DNA of 63,799 bases, from IMG/VR virus record IMGVR_UViG_3300042460_000659, positions 1 through 63,799 of that record, one strand, 5' to 3'. Positions within the stretch are counted from its first letter, which is position 1, and each line of letters opens with the position of its first letter. The notes under the pieces are model-generated. The model was not told the origin of the DNA, made no database searches, and saw only the letters and a list, made by a program, of their open reading frames with translations. Source of the DNA: a virus. Lineage: Duplodnaviria; Caudoviricetes. The position numbers and the translations under genes are program-made. Positions 15,643-25,590 of this stretch are shown piece by piece.

Positions 15643-17937
15643 TCAACTGTTGAGTTTGTACCGCTTGATCTGTTTTTTGTTGAACTTGTGTTCCTCCTCC
15701 TCGACCGTGATCATATTGGCGTCTGCCATCTTGGACAGGCACTTTTCGATGTCTTCCCGCTTGTACTTCCGCAGGCGGTTCACGATCACCCCCAGCGTCT
15801 CTCCGTCCGGGCCGATCAGCAACTGCGTAACCTTGGCGCGCAGGGCCAGTGCCGGGTTGTCGATGGCCCGGTCGTTGCCGGTCACAAGGCGCATCTTGCT
15901 CTCGATGTCGCGCTTGATCAGGGCATAAGCCCACCGGACGTGTTCTTCGGTGCGGACGCCCTCAGGGATGGCGAGGATCAGGCTGACCTTGCTGACCTGC
16001 TCGTACCCACGGTTCGGCAGGGCTTCCAGACCGGACAGGGTCTTGTGTTCGTAGGCCATCTTGTCGAAAAGCTTGCGCGCCTTCCGCAGCATCTCCTTGG
16101 CCTTCGGTGCCGTCGGGATCACGATGCGTTCGCCGTAGAACTCGACCCGCGCATCATAGTTCTGCGTGATGTCGAACGACCCGCCAATGGCCAGCTGCTG
16201 GAGCGTCATCTGCAGGGCTTCGGACAGGGGCTGCTTGACCCAGTCGTCTTTGCTCTCTGGCGCGGTGTCCGTCTCGATGCAGAGGATCGAGCGCCCGATG
16301 AAGCCGTTGGCCGCCGCTTGATAGTCCACCAACTCTTCGAAGTTCTCGGGGGTGGTGTAGCCTGACAGGGTCAGGAACGGGCGGGAAAGGCCCTTGCCGA
16401 TGGTCGACAGCTGGTACTCGATGCTGGCCTTGCGGTTGATCAGGTAGGACTTCTCGCCCAGTTCCTCGACCTGCTTCTCGATCTTGATCAGTTCCTTGCG
16501 AAGCTCTGCCTTGACCTCGTCCTTGGCGTCGCCGCTCAGGATCATCGAGCCGTCAGCCTTGGAGTAGGCCGACATCAGGATGCCGATGATGCCTTCAAGG
16601 TAGGTTGCCCCGCCGCGCTTCTGGGCAGACTTGATCTTCTGGAGCAGGAAGCCGACCTCGTCGATCAGAAAGAACGCAGCTTGGTGGCGCAGCAGGTTCC
16701 GCATGACCTCCTGCTCGGACTTGATGGTGCCGTGGACAGCCTCAGCCATGCCGCAGATCACCATGATCTCCCTGATGGCGTCCTGCACAGCTTCCTTGCC
16801 AGTCCCCGATCCGGCGACGTTGAACACGAACAGGTTGGTGGTCGCCCGGTCCAGATCGTCGATGTAGCGCAGGCCAAAGATGTTCCCCATCGCAGTGATG
16901 GCCGCCATGGCCGCCAGCTGCTCCCGCTTCCGCCGGGCGCGCGTCTCGATCCAAGCGGCAAGCTGACCAGCCAGACCCGGCGGGCGCAGCAGATCGACGC
17001 CGCCGATGTCGATGTCCAGCGTGTCTTTTTCTTCGTACGGAGCAAAGTCGAATTCGATGTTCGGGGTGAACGTCACCGGCTGGGTCCAGCCACCCTGCTC
17101 CGCATAGTGGGCCAGCGTTCCAAGCGTCACCGGGTTGGCCGACCGACCGAAGCTGTGCCATTTGTACGGCATCGAGGCGTCGTCGTACTTCTTCGATGTC
17201 TGGGACCATTTGTCCCAAACGTCGAACGCGGACCCACCAGACGCATGGTGCAGCGCCATGCCGATCTTGATCCACTGGTCATAGTCCACGTCGTCGTTCG
17301 GGATGAACGCCAGCATATCCGCCAGATCGCGGTGGGACACATCGACAGTCTGGCCGCCGATGTCCGCCCGGTGCTTTTCCGGAACGGTCAGCGCCGCGAT
17401 CAGGGCTTCCGGTGCCATGTCGATGTCGTAGGGTGACCCGTGGGCGATCTCGTAGCGGTTGCCAGAGGCATGCATCGATCCGGGGCCGACCACGAAGGAC
17501 GCGCCGCTTTTGAAGTCGATGCCGGGGTACTTCTCCAGCCGCGTGACCAAAGAGATGCCCGCTGGGATCAGGAAGAAATAGTGCCGCGACCCACCACCGG
17601 AGCCGGTGTTCACGATCAGGCCGGAGCCAGCGATCTCCGGGTAATCCTCCAGCAGAAGCCTCAGGCCCTCGATGCCGCCGTTCCGGGCGTCGACGTCGAC
17701 CACCAGCTTCTCCCGAAGCACGCACCCGTAGCCGGTGGCGAACTGATCCATGGCCTCCATGGTTTCCATCTGCTCGTCGGACCAGTGCGGCGTGTGCTGC
17801 CAGTTCGAAACACGGGGGTGCTTGAACAGCGATTTCTCTGGGCAATGCGGGTTCCCGCACTGACATTTTCCGTCACGGCCACGACCGTACAGGCCGAAAA
17901 CTTGAAATCCGGCCTCCCAAAACTCCCTGTAATGCAT
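15643..17937 (-). CDS. Primase-polymerase (Prim-Pol + PriCT-2 + P-loop domain)
   Basis: KHP, VVDVDARNGG, TGSGGGSRHYFF, VVGPGSMHASG; PriCT-2 YDQWIKIGMALH...WDKWS; AGSGTGKE and LIDE. Confidence 0.88.
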   Translation of the reverse strand: MHYREFWEAGFQVFGLYGRGRDGKCQCGNPHCPEKSLFKHPRVSNWQHTPHWSDEQMETMEAMDQFATGYGCVLREKLVVDVDARNGGIEGLRLLLEDYPEIAGSGLIVNTGSGGGSRHYFFLIPAGISLVTRLEKYPGIDFKSGASFVVGPGSMHASGNRYEIAHGSPYDIDMAPEALIAALTVPEKHRADIGGQTVDVSHRDLADMLAFIPNDDVDYDQWIKIGMALHHASGGSAFDVWDKWSQTSKKYDDASMPYKWHSFGRSANPVTLGTLAHYAEQGGWTQPVTFTPNIEFDFAPYEEKDTLDIDIGGVDLLRPPGLAGQLAAWIETRARRKREQLAAMAAITAMGNIFGLRYIDDLDRATTNLFVFNVAGSGTGKEAVQDAIREIMVICGMAEAVHGTIKSEQEVMRNLLRHQAAFFLIDEVGFLLQKIKSAQKRGGATYLEGIIGILMSAYSKADGSMILSGDAKDEVKAELRKELIKIEKQVEELGEKSYLINRKASIEYQLSTIGKGLSRPFLTLSGYTTPENFEELVDYQAAANGFIGRSILCIETDTAPESKDDWVKQPLSEALQMTLQQLAIGGSFDITQNYDARVEFYGERIVIPTAPKAKEMLRKARKLFDKMAYEHKTLSGLEALPNRGYEQVSKVSLILAIPEGVRTEEHVRWAYALIKRDIESKMRLVTGNDRAIDNPALALRAKVTQLLIGPDGETLGVIVNRLRKYKREDIEKCLSKMADANMITVEEEEHKFNKKQIKRYKLNS

Positions 17938-17942
17938 TTTTT

Positions 17943-18158
17943 TCAGGCGTTCTGAGCGAACAAATACTGGGACAGCTTGTCGATTGTCGCCAGCAGGGGG
18001 ATGCCCCCGCGACCCCTCGCAATGTTCCTCACTGTATTCTCATGGAGGCCCGTAGACTGTGCGACCTTGGTCAGATTGCGGTCTTCCAAGGCCTTCCGGA
18101 TCAGCACAAGTCTGGCCTCGATAGCCTCATGAACCGGACCTGATGTTTGATGCGACAT
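17943..18158 (-). CDS. Cro-like HTH regulator (71 aa)
   Basis: LTKVAQSTGLHENTVRNIARG; divergent from the recombination operon. Confidence 0.75.
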   Translation of the reverse strand: MSHQTSGPVHEAIEARLVLIRKALEDRNLTKVAQSTGLHENTVRNIARGRGGIPLLATIDKLSQYLFAQNA

Positions 18159-18189
18159 TTGTATTGTACCCTTGATGACGTTTCCTGTG

Positions 18190-18218
18190 TTGACAATCAC
18201 ACATTGGCTGAGTAACGT
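18190..18218 (+). promoter_or_regulatory. sigma70 promoter of the recombination/replication operon
   Basis: TTGACA-17-TAACGT. Confidence 0.75.
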
Positions 18219-18250
18219 CAATGGTGTTGAGAAGAAGCAAAGGAGCGAAG

Positions 18251-19021
18251 ATGAGTATCCTCGATACCATTACCAAACCCGAAGACCGGCCCATCGCCAT
18301 CACGATCATTGGCGACGCGGGCCTTGGCAAGACTAGCCTTGCCGCAACCTTCCCCAAACCGATTTTCATTCGCTCGGAGGATGGCCTTCAGGCTGTTCCT
18401 GCGGCGTCACGCCCGGATGCTTTCCCGGTGCTGAGAAGCGCGGAAGATTTGTGGCCCCAGCTGGCTGCTTTGGTCAAAGAAGACCATGCGTACCAGACCT
18501 GCGTCATCGATACGGTGACGACACTGGACGCGCTGTTCACGGACTGGGTCATGGACACCGATCCGAAGGGGGCAAAGAGCCTCAACCAAGCCCATGGCGG
18601 GTTTGGCGCAGGACGTGACATGGTTGCCAGTCAACACCGCCGCGTGCGCAAAGCCTGCGGCATGATGATGGAAAAGGGCATGAACGTCGTGTTCGTTGCC
18701 CATGCCGAGACAGTGCGGATCGAGCCGCCGGATGCAAACCCGTACACCAAGTACGCAATGCGGATGGGGGACAAGTCGACCCAGCCCTATATCGACAACG
18801 TCGACGCTGTCGGCTTCCTTCGTCTGGAGACCTTCGTCACTGGCGACGGCGATCTGAAAAAGGCGATCTCGGACGGCACGCGTCAGCTTGTTGTCCACGC
18901 CATGGCCGCAAACGTTTCGAAGAACCGTTTCGGCATCAATGAGCCACTTGAGGTCAAGATGGGTGTGAACCCCTTCGGCCCCTACATCAACAAGCCTGCG
19001 AAGAAGGAAGCTGCGAAATGA
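18251..19021 (+). CDS. Sak4-like / AAA_24 P-loop ATPase
   Basis: GDAGLGKTS, CVIDTV, VFVAHAE, SKNRFG; next to the SSB. Confidence 0.85.
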   Translation: MSILDTITKPEDRPIAITIIGDAGLGKTSLAATFPKPIFIRSEDGLQAVPAASRPDAFPVLRSAEDLWPQLAALVKEDHAYQTCVIDTVTTLDALFTDWVMDTDPKGAKSLNQAHGGFGAGRDMVASQHRRVRKACGMMMEKGMNVVFVAHAETVRIEPPDANPYTKYAMRMGDKSTQPYIDNVDAVGFLRLETFVTGDGDLKKAISDGTRQLVVHAMAANVSKNRFGINEPLEVKMGVNPFGPYINKPAKKEAAK

Positions 19022-19626
19022 GCGATTTTTGGAACCTGTCCGACGGTGAAGACGTCAAGGAAACCGCAGGCACTGGCGAGTTCGATGCGGGTGGCGGAAA
19101 CCTCCTGCCAATCCCCGGCGAGACGTCTGTTCTGGCCGCCATCGACGAAGCCAAGTGGGACAAGACCCAAGACGGCGACCGTTTCATCTCGCTGCGCTGG
19201 AACGTTCTGGCCCCGGACGACTACAAGGGCCGCAAGGTGTTCCAGAAGCTCTGGGTGCTCGACGCCGATCCCCGTGCCAAGGCTGACAAGGTTGCAGCCA
19301 AGCGCGACAAGGCCAAGAAGATGCTCGGTGCCATCGACACCAACTGCGGCGGGAAACTTCTCGCCAAGGGCGTGATGCCGACCGACGAAAGCCTGACCGC
19401 CTGCCTGACCCAAAAGCCGATGGTGACGAAGGTCATGGTCTGGGAGATGCGGGACCGCATGACCGGCGACATGGCGCGCGGCAACTGGATCGGCGCTGTG
19501 GCCCCCAAGAGCGCACCCCAGTCTTCGGCTGAGGAGATCGCGAAGGGTCAGGCTGAGCTTGAGCGTCGCGTGTCGGGAAGCTCCCGCGCAGCCGCCGGTG
19601 CTCTGGACGACGAAATTCCCTTTTAA
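19018..19626 (+). CDS. Single-stranded DNA-binding protein (DUF669-like)
   Basis: Acidic C-terminal tail DDEIPF; follows the Sak4-like gene. Confidence 0.8.
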   Translation: MSDFWNLSDGEDVKETAGTGEFDAGGGNLLPIPGETSVLAAIDEAKWDKTQDGDRFISLRWNVLAPDDYKGRKVFQKLWVLDADPRAKADKVAAKRDKAKKMLGAIDTNCGGKLLAKGVMPTDESLTACLTQKPMVTKVMVWEMRDRMTGDMARGNWIGAVAPKSAPQSSAEEIAKGQAELERRVSGSSRAAAGALDDEIPF

Positions 19627-19702
19627 GTCAATGGGATAGATAACGGCGGTGGCGTACGCGCCACTGCCAACTGAAACATGAACCCGAACAATGGAGAAGA
19701 TT

Positions 19703-20140
19703 ATGTTTGGTATGCTGAAGGAAAAGCTTGGCGGCGGGGCGAAGCGCCTTTCCGGTCGGACCGATCTGCTGGAAGCCACCTGTGCCGCATGCGCCCTTGT
19801 CGCGGCTGCCGATGGTGAGATCGAAGACAGCGAACTGGTGGCAACGCAAGAAGCGCTGGTGAACCACCCCACCCTCTCGACCGCGTTCAAGCAGTCCGAG
19901 ATCGAAGCCACGGCCAGCAAGATTTTCTCGCGCGCCAAGGGCACCATGGGGCGGATCGGCCTGATGAAGGAGATCGAGCAGGCTAAGGCCAAGTCGACGT
20001 CCGACGACCTTGAACTGATCCTCGCCGTTGCCGTCGACATCTCCCGCGCTGATGGCGAGATGGAACCCCAAGAACTGGCAGTCCTGCAGAAGGTCGCCAA
20101 CACACTTGGCCTGAACCTGCGGGCCTTCCTTGATGCCTGA
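19703..20140 (+). CDS. TerB-family (tellurite-resistance fold) protein
   Basis: Duplicated motifs VAAADGEIEDSE and ISRADGEMEPQE...LGL. Confidence 0.85.
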   Translation: MFGMLKEKLGGGAKRLSGRTDLLEATCAACALVAAADGEIEDSELVATQEALVNHPTLSTAFKQSEIEATASKIFSRAKGTMGRIGLMKEIEQAKAKSTSDDLELILAVAVDISRADGEMEPQELAVLQKVANTLGLNLRAFLDA

Positions 20141-20276
20141 GCTTCAGAAGATCGCTATCTGGTCGGGGGTCGCAATCCTTCTGATCCTGATGGTCTTTCT
20201 GGTGGCGAAGGCGGTCCTGCCGTTCACCATCGGACTGGTCTGCGGCTCTGCGGCCATGTGGCTCTGGAACCGTTGA
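20133..20276 (+). CDS. Small two-TM membrane protein (47 aa)
   Basis: Hand-translated MPELQKIAIWSGVAILLILMVFLVAKAVLPFTIGLVCGSAAMWLWNR; overlaps the TerB stop. Confidence 0.6.
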   Translation: MPELQKIAIWSGVAILLILMVFLVAKAVLPFTIGLVCGSAAMWLWNR

Positions 20277-20327
20277 AAACCGGAGAGGGGTACGCCCCTC
20301 TCCCACAACATTATCTGTGGGATTACC

Positions 20328-20426
20328 ATGAACGAGAAAATGAAGATGACAGCGATCATCTGCCTGACGGTGGTGATCTGCGTGGCGCTCATGAGCAGCT
20401 GCGTACAGAACACGGGGTTCTTCTGA
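20328..20426 (+). CDS. Small membrane or lipopeptide (32 aa)
   Basis: MNEKMKMTAIICLTVVICVALMSSC...; TGATG coupling to the exonuclease. Confidence 0.4.
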   Translation: MNEKMKMTAIICLTVVICVALMSSCVQNTGFF

Positions 20427-21298
20427 TGGAACAGCGCAGCGAACAGTGGTTCAGTGCCCGGAAGGGACGCGTCACAGCTTCCGCCGTTGGGGCGATACTG
20501 GGTGTCGATCCGAACGCCGACCGAAAGACGATCATGCGCCGGATGGTCCGCCAGTACCATAAGGCTCCCAGCGAGTGGAACGGCAACATCGCCACCCAGT
20601 GGGGCATCACCCACGAAGACGAAGCCCGCGAAGACCTTGAGGTCAAGATCGGCCTGCCTGTCACCAGTGCGACTTTCGTCGTACACCCCGTGATGGACTG
20701 GCTTGGCGCAAGCCCTGACGGATACGTCGGCGACGACTATCTGGTCGAGATTAAGTGCCCCTTTGGCCTTCGGGACAAGGAAGCGCCGGTGCCGTTCAAG
20801 AACATCGAGGATCAGGAGCATTACTACGCTCAGATGCAGGTCCAGATGTTCTGCACAAACCGGTCGGAATGCTACTTCTGGCAGTGGACCCCGCGCGACA
20901 ACAAGCTTGACGTTGTTTCGTACGATCCGGAATACATCGCCACGATCATGCCGAAGCTTCGGGAATTCTACATGGAGTTCCTTGCGGCATGTGATGAACC
21001 GGACGAATACCTGAACGACCCTCTGGTCGTCGTCGACACCCCCAGAGCGCTGCAGATGGTGGCCGAATACACCGACGTCCTCGATGCCATTGCGAAGGCT
21101 GAGGAGCGCAAGAAAGAGCTTCTTGAGGCCATGGTGGAGATGGCGAAGGGGCGCAACGCATCCTTCGGCGGAAAGCGCCTGACCAAGACGGAGCGCGCCG
21201 GATCGGTGTCATACGCCAAAGCCATCCAAGTTCTGGCACCCGGTGCGAACCTTGAACCGTGGCGCGGCAAGCCCACCAGCTTCTGGACGCTGAAATGA
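20426..21298 (+). CDS. YqaJ / lambda-exonuclease family protein
   Basis: EQRSEQWFSAR, TAS, LGASPDG, VEIKCP, YYAQMQVQM. Confidence 0.92.
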   Translation: MEQRSEQWFSARKGRVTASAVGAILGVDPNADRKTIMRRMVRQYHKAPSEWNGNIATQWGITHEDEAREDLEVKIGLPVTSATFVVHPVMDWLGASPDGYVGDDYLVEIKCPFGLRDKEAPVPFKNIEDQEHYYAQMQVQMFCTNRSECYFWQWTPRDNKLDVVSYDPEYIATIMPKLREFYMEFLAACDEPDEYLNDPLVVVDTPRALQMVAEYTDVLDAIAKAEERKKELLEAMVEMAKGRNASFGGKRLTKTERAGSVSYAKAIQVLAPGANLEPWRGKPTSFWTLK

Positions 21299-21552
21299 GC
21301 GACGAACTGGAACGGCAGCGCGCCATTAACGTGAAGCTTCGCAAGCAGCTGGAAAGGTGCCGCCAAGACACCGTCGAGTACTGCGCGAAGTTTTGCGAGG
21401 ACAACGAGTTGGTCATGGACCTTAGGGGAAGCGTTTTTACGATGCCCGCAAACAGGAAATATATGCACGAAGGCGACGGGTACGCGAAGGCCCTGAGAGG
21501 GATCATCGGAACCAAGTTTACTAAAACCATGGAAGGAGAAGAAAATGTCTGA
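21295..21552 (+). CDS. Hypothetical protein (85 aa)
   Basis: ATGA overlap with the exonuclease. Confidence 0.65.
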   Translation: MSDELERQRAINVKLRKQLERCRQDTVEYCAKFCEDNELVMDLRGSVFTMPANRKYMHEGDGYAKALRGIIGTKFTKTMEGEENV

Positions 21553-21784
21553 AGATAATGCACTGCCTAAACTTGAGGTCGAAGATGTCGCCGCAGCAAT
21601 CAGGGAAGGTGTGGAGGACAGCATTCCGCCGATCAGCGTCGAACATTTGATGGAGGCAATAACTGAGGGCGTGAGGCAGGCAATGTGGAAAATGATAACG
21701 AACGCCACTGATGCCCCATGCGGTGACTTCTATGAAGCAGTCACGAATGGCGTCGAGAAGGGAATGATCCAAGTGAAATCCTAA
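21545..21784 (+). CDS. Hypothetical protein (79 aa)
   Basis: AAGGAG SD; internal AIxEGV repeats. Confidence 0.65.
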   Translation: MSEDNALPKLEVEDVAAAIREGVEDSIPPISVEHLMEAITEGVRQAMWKMITNATDAPCGDFYEAVTNGVEKGMIQVKS

Positions 21785-21804
21785 AGATGATGCTGAAAAT
21801 GTGA

Positions 21805-21833
21805 TTGAACCTTAGGGAAATATGCTGTAAATA
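21805..21833 (+). promoter_or_regulatory. Candidate promoter for the helicase operon
   Basis: TTGAAC-17-TAAATA. Confidence 0.5.
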
Positions 21834-21864
21834 CCACAATGAGATTGTAGCGTAGAGAAGCAGA

Positions 21865-23649
21865 ATGACCCTGAGACCATACCAGCAGCAGTCGCATGAC
21901 AGCATCATAGCTTGGATTTCACGCAACCGGTCCCCATGCTGCATCGAGGCGGCCACGGGGGCCGGTAAGAGCCATATCATCGAGAGCGTGGCATCGACGA
22001 TCCACCGCGTGTCCGGCGGCAAGCACGTCCTATGCCTCGCCCCGTCCGCAGAACTGGTCACCCAGAACAGCGAGAAGTACCGGGCCACCGGTGCCAAGTG
22101 CTCGATCTTCAGCGCCAGCGCTGGCCAGAAGAGCCTGCGCCACCCAGTGGTGTTCGGTACGCCCGGCACCGTCAAAAACTCGATCAGCCGCTTCGGCAAG
22201 GAGTTCGCCGCTGTCGTGATCGACGAGTGCCACGGGATCACGCCCACCGTGCAGTCCATCATCGAGGTCATGCGGGAAGCGAACCCCAACCTGCGGGTGA
22301 TCGGCCTATCCGCCACGCCATACCGCATGAAGACCGGGTACATCTTCGGCCTGTGGCCGGACGGGAAGCCTGTCTCTGAGAGCCAGACCCGCGAACCCTA
22401 CTTCGCCGCCTGCGTCGACCGCATCCGCGCGTACGAACTGATCGAGGCCGGATACTTGACCCAGCCCATCGTCGGGAAGATCAACGCTCAATCGTACGAA
22501 ACACTGAACATGCAGGTCAACAGCCGGGGCCAGTTCGACGCGCAGGCGGTGGATCGGGCGTACCACGGGCACGGCAGGAAGACCTCAGCCATCATCGCTG
22601 ACGTCGTCGCCCAGTCCGCTGACCGTCAGGGCGTCATGATCTTCGCTGCCACCGTGCGCCACGCCCACGAGTGCATGGCAAGCCTGCCGCCGGGCCTGTC
22701 TGCCATCGTGACAGGCAAGACGCCCAAGGCTGAGCGCGACACCATCCTGAAGAAGTTCAAGGCCCGGAAGATCAAGTATCTGGTGAACGTCTCCGTCTTG
22801 ACCACTGGGTTCGACGCCCCTCACGTTGACGTGATCGCCCTCCTACGGGCCACTGAAAGCGTCGGCCTGTTGCAGCAGATCATCGGTCGGGGTCTTCGGG
22901 TCGACAGCGGCAAGACCGACTGCCTCATTCTGGACTATGCCGAGAACATCGAGCGTCACTGCCCCGACCAAGACATCTTCGGCCCTGAGATCAAGGTCTC
23001 CACCGGCGGTGACGGGTCTGGCGAGGTCACGTGCGTGTGCCCCCAGTGCTCCACCGAGAACACCTTCTCCGCGCGCCCCAACAAGGAAGAGTACGAGATC
23101 GACGCCAGCGGGTACTTCGTCGATCTGGACGGCATTCCCATCGAGACCGAGTGGGGTGCGATGCCCGCACACTTTGGCCGCCGGTGTCGGGCCATGGATA
23201 CGGTCGCCGGTGACCTGCACCAGTGCACCTATCGGTGGACGTCGAAGGAGTGCCCGCACTGCAGCGAACCAAACGACATCGCGGCCCGGTACTGCTCCTC
23301 CTGCAAGGGCGAGATCGTCGACCCCAACGAGAAGCTCCGGATCGACTTCAAGGCCCTGAAGCGCGATCCCACCCAGCGGCAGACTGACGAGGTTCTGCAG
23401 TGGAAAAAGATGCCTCAGGTCTCTCGCAGCGGAAAGCCCATGGATAGGGTTGACGTGGTCACCCCATATCGGTCATTTTCATTCTGGGTTATGAAGTTTC
23501 CCGAGTGGTCGAAGGCAAAGGCAGATCGCGCCGCGCTGGACGCCTTGGGTGGCAAAGCACCGATGACGATTACGTATCAAAAGGACGGCGAGAGCGGTTT
23601 CTACCGCGTCCTGAATTACAATAAGGCTGCAGATGAAGCTCCCAGATGA
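21865..23649 (+). CDS. SF2 DNA helicase (RadD/YejH-like) with zinc ribbons
   Basis: ATGAGKS, DECH, SATP, LTTGFD, QIIGRGLR; CPQC and CPHC...CSSC. Confidence 0.92.
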   Translation: MTLRPYQQQSHDSIIAWISRNRSPCCIEAATGAGKSHIIESVASTIHRVSGGKHVLCLAPSAELVTQNSEKYRATGAKCSIFSASAGQKSLRHPVVFGTPGTVKNSISRFGKEFAAVVIDECHGITPTVQSIIEVMREANPNLRVIGLSATPYRMKTGYIFGLWPDGKPVSESQTREPYFAACVDRIRAYELIEAGYLTQPIVGKINAQSYETLNMQVNSRGQFDAQAVDRAYHGHGRKTSAIIADVVAQSADRQGVMIFAATVRHAHECMASLPPGLSAIVTGKTPKAERDTILKKFKARKIKYLVNVSVLTTGFDAPHVDVIALLRATESVGLLQQIIGRGLRVDSGKTDCLILDYAENIERHCPDQDIFGPEIKVSTGGDGSGEVTCVCPQCSTENTFSARPNKEEYEIDASGYFVDLDGIPIETEWGAMPAHFGRRCRAMDTVAGDLHQCTYRWTSKECPHCSEPNDIAARYCSSCKGEIVDPNEKLRIDFKALKRDPTQRQTDEVLQWKKMPQVSRSGKPMDRVDVVTPYRSFSFWVMKFPEWSKAKADRAALDALGGKAPMTITYQKDGESGFYRVLNYNKAADEAPR

Positions 23650-24040
23650 CATTGTGATCTATGGCGACCTCACCTACCGGGGGTCGTGTCCGAAGGAAGC
23701 TGCGGAACAGGTGACGTTCTTCGCCCGCCTGCGTCGCACCTATCCGGACACGTTCGGGGTTCTGGCCCTGCACCCCCGCAACGAGGGCATCAGGACGATG
23801 CTGCAGGCCGCCAAGGAGAAGTCTGAGGGCATGACCACCGGTGCCCCCGACATCGTCATCCCCGGCAGCCCTGCGTTCGTCTGCGAGTTGAAGCGCCGGG
23901 ACCACACCGCGTCCAGCATATCCGAAGACCAGCTGAAGTACCTCAGGGCGGCCAAGGCTGAGGGATGCTTCACATGCATCGCGCTGGGCGTAGACGAGGC
24001 GTGGAAGGCCTTTCATGACTATCTTAGCCATGTGGACTGA
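23633..24040 (+). CDS. VRR-NUC nuclease
   Basis: EQ, HPRNEG, GAPDI, ELK, SEDQ. Confidence 0.85.
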   Translation: MKLPDDIVIYGDLTYRGSCPKEAAEQVTFFARLRRTYPDTFGVLALHPRNEGIRTMLQAAKEKSEGMTTGAPDIVIPGSPAFVCELKRRDHTASSISEDQLKYLRAAKAEGCFTCIALGVDEAWKAFHDYLSHVD

Positions 24041-24278
24041 CGAAACCCGCCCCAGCAAGCGCATAGAGCGCATCCTGCGCGGCAAGGTCCGCATGGAGGA
24101 CGAGGAGGATGGCATCCAGTCCGCCTGTCGAAAATACATCTATGATGGCGCTGTCTCGATCCTTGCCATAGAAGGCAGAGAGGCGCGGAAGAGGGCACTC
24201 AATCGGGTGCCGGTCCTGATCAGGCCGCACATCGAGATGGAAGCCCGGCGCATCAACGAATTCAGGAAGAGCAGATGA
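24030..24278 (+). CDS. Hypothetical protein (82 aa)
   Basis: Coupled ORF in the operon. Confidence 0.65.
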   Translation: MWTDETRPSKRIERILRGKVRMEDEEDGIQSACRKYIYDGAVSILAIEGREARKRALNRVPVLIRPHIEMEARRINEFRKSR

Positions 24279-24511
24279 ACCGGTTTCTGATTACCATGAA
24301 CATGCCGACGCGGAGCGGTTCCCCCATCCACCAAGTGATCTGCGAAAGCCCCGCCAAGACGGTGGCAGAGTTCATCCTCTCCGTGGGCGACGAAGAGTTC
24401 TTCACGGTCGAAGAGTTCTACCGTGACAACGTCGGGAACTATTTCAGCGCTGGCATGGTCGCCCTGAACGTCGCGCACATCGGCAAGATCAAGATGGACA
24501 AAGAGAAATGA
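24275..24511 (+). CDS. Hypothetical protein (78 aa)
   Basis: ATGA overlaps. Confidence 0.7.
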   Translation: MNRFLITMNMPTRSGSPIHQVICESPAKTVAEFILSVGDEEFFTVEEFYRDNVGNYFSAGMVALNVAHIGKIKMDKEK

Positions 24512-24828
24512 AATCGCCACGGCACCAGAAGCGGGTCACCCCGTACATGTCCCGAAACGCGAAGAACCCCATGATCGCGTACATCATCTTCCCTGCAGAT
24601 GTCGCACCGACCGACATGACGGCGACCTTCTACACCGGGAAGGAAGGCCAGATCGGCATCAAGCTGACGCCGGACGGCGGCCACTTCAAAGTCAAGAAGA
24701 CCAGCGCGAGGTCATCGACCAGACGGCTGAACTTCCCGAAGGAGATGGTGGAGATGATACCGATGGGAACCCACGAAATCAGCCTCAGGCCGGTGGGTTC
24801 CCTTCTGGTGGTGGAATTCACGTCGTAG
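24508..24828 (+). CDS. Hypothetical protein (106 aa)
   Basis: ATGA overlap; last + strand gene, convergent with the late operon. Confidence 0.65.
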   Translation: MKSPRHQKRVTPYMSRNAKNPMIAYIIFPADVAPTDMTATFYTGKEGQIGIKLTPDGGHFKVKKTSARSSTRRLNFPKEMVEMIPMGTHEISLRPVGSLLVVEFTS

Positions 24829-25552
24829 GGGTCGGCGCGCCCATTTCTTCTTCATATTCGTCGTCAAGCGTCTTGGCCTTTGACCAGAACTCCTTGCGGT
24901 ATCCGTCTTTTATGTGGGTTCCGAGAAGTGACCTAATATTGGTGCGACGATCAAAGTTTGTCACATCGACTTCAAGGGTGAAAGTTTCTCTCCTGTATGG
25001 GATGATCTGAACGAGAGGGGTGCCCTTCGGAATGAAAAACTCGCCATCTCCGCCAGTCCACAGGAAGGGAATGTGAACGTTTGAGTAGTAGTTATCGGTA
25101 TCGACCGCACCGTCTAAAATTTTGAATTTCGTTTCAAGATGGTTCAGAGGGGCTGTGAACAGGCAGGAATATCCCGGCGCGGTTTCCACCACCCATGGGT
25201 TGATAAACTTCAAGAGGTTCTTGCCATAGGGGCGGTTGGAGAGAGGGTGATCCGGAAATTGGGTATAGCCGTGCTGATCCATGCTCAACGCCATGGGGAA
25301 ATTTCTAGGAAAACTGAAGGATATATCTCCGTTGTTTGCTGCCACATAAAGATCAGCCCAAAGCGGGATCACAAACCCTGCTGAAAGAGCGTCCATATAC
25401 GGAACGCAGCGCTTGACCGTGCTTGTATCGGGGTGGCTACCATGCTGAGGACGGATGGCCTTGTAGAAATCTGGAGCCTTCTTAATCGCCGGAACTGGCG
25501 ACGGAAAAACACCCTCAAGGTTCTTGTCGTGCGTGAAGCGAACGAAGGTCAA
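24818..25552 (-). CDS. DUF6065-like (dUTPase-fold-like) protein
   Basis: TVKRCVP.MDA, NPWVVETAPGYSCLF, GAVDTD, IPKGTPLVQIIP. Confidence 0.6.
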   Translation of the reverse strand: MTFVRFTHDKNLEGVFPSPVPAIKKAPDFYKAIRPQHGSHPDTSTVKRCVPYMDALSAGFVIPLWADLYVAANNGDISFSFPRNFPMALSMDQHGYTQFPDHPLSNRPYGKNLLKFINPWVVETAPGYSCLFTAPLNHLETKFKILDGAVDTDNYYSNVHIPFLWTGGDGEFFIPKGTPLVQIIPYRRETFTLEVDVTNFDRRTNIRSLLGTHIKDGYRKEFWSKAKTLDDEYEEEMGAPTPTT

Positions 25553-25590
25553 TGGCGGTACTCCAAAGGAAGGCCTGTTATTAGTATATA

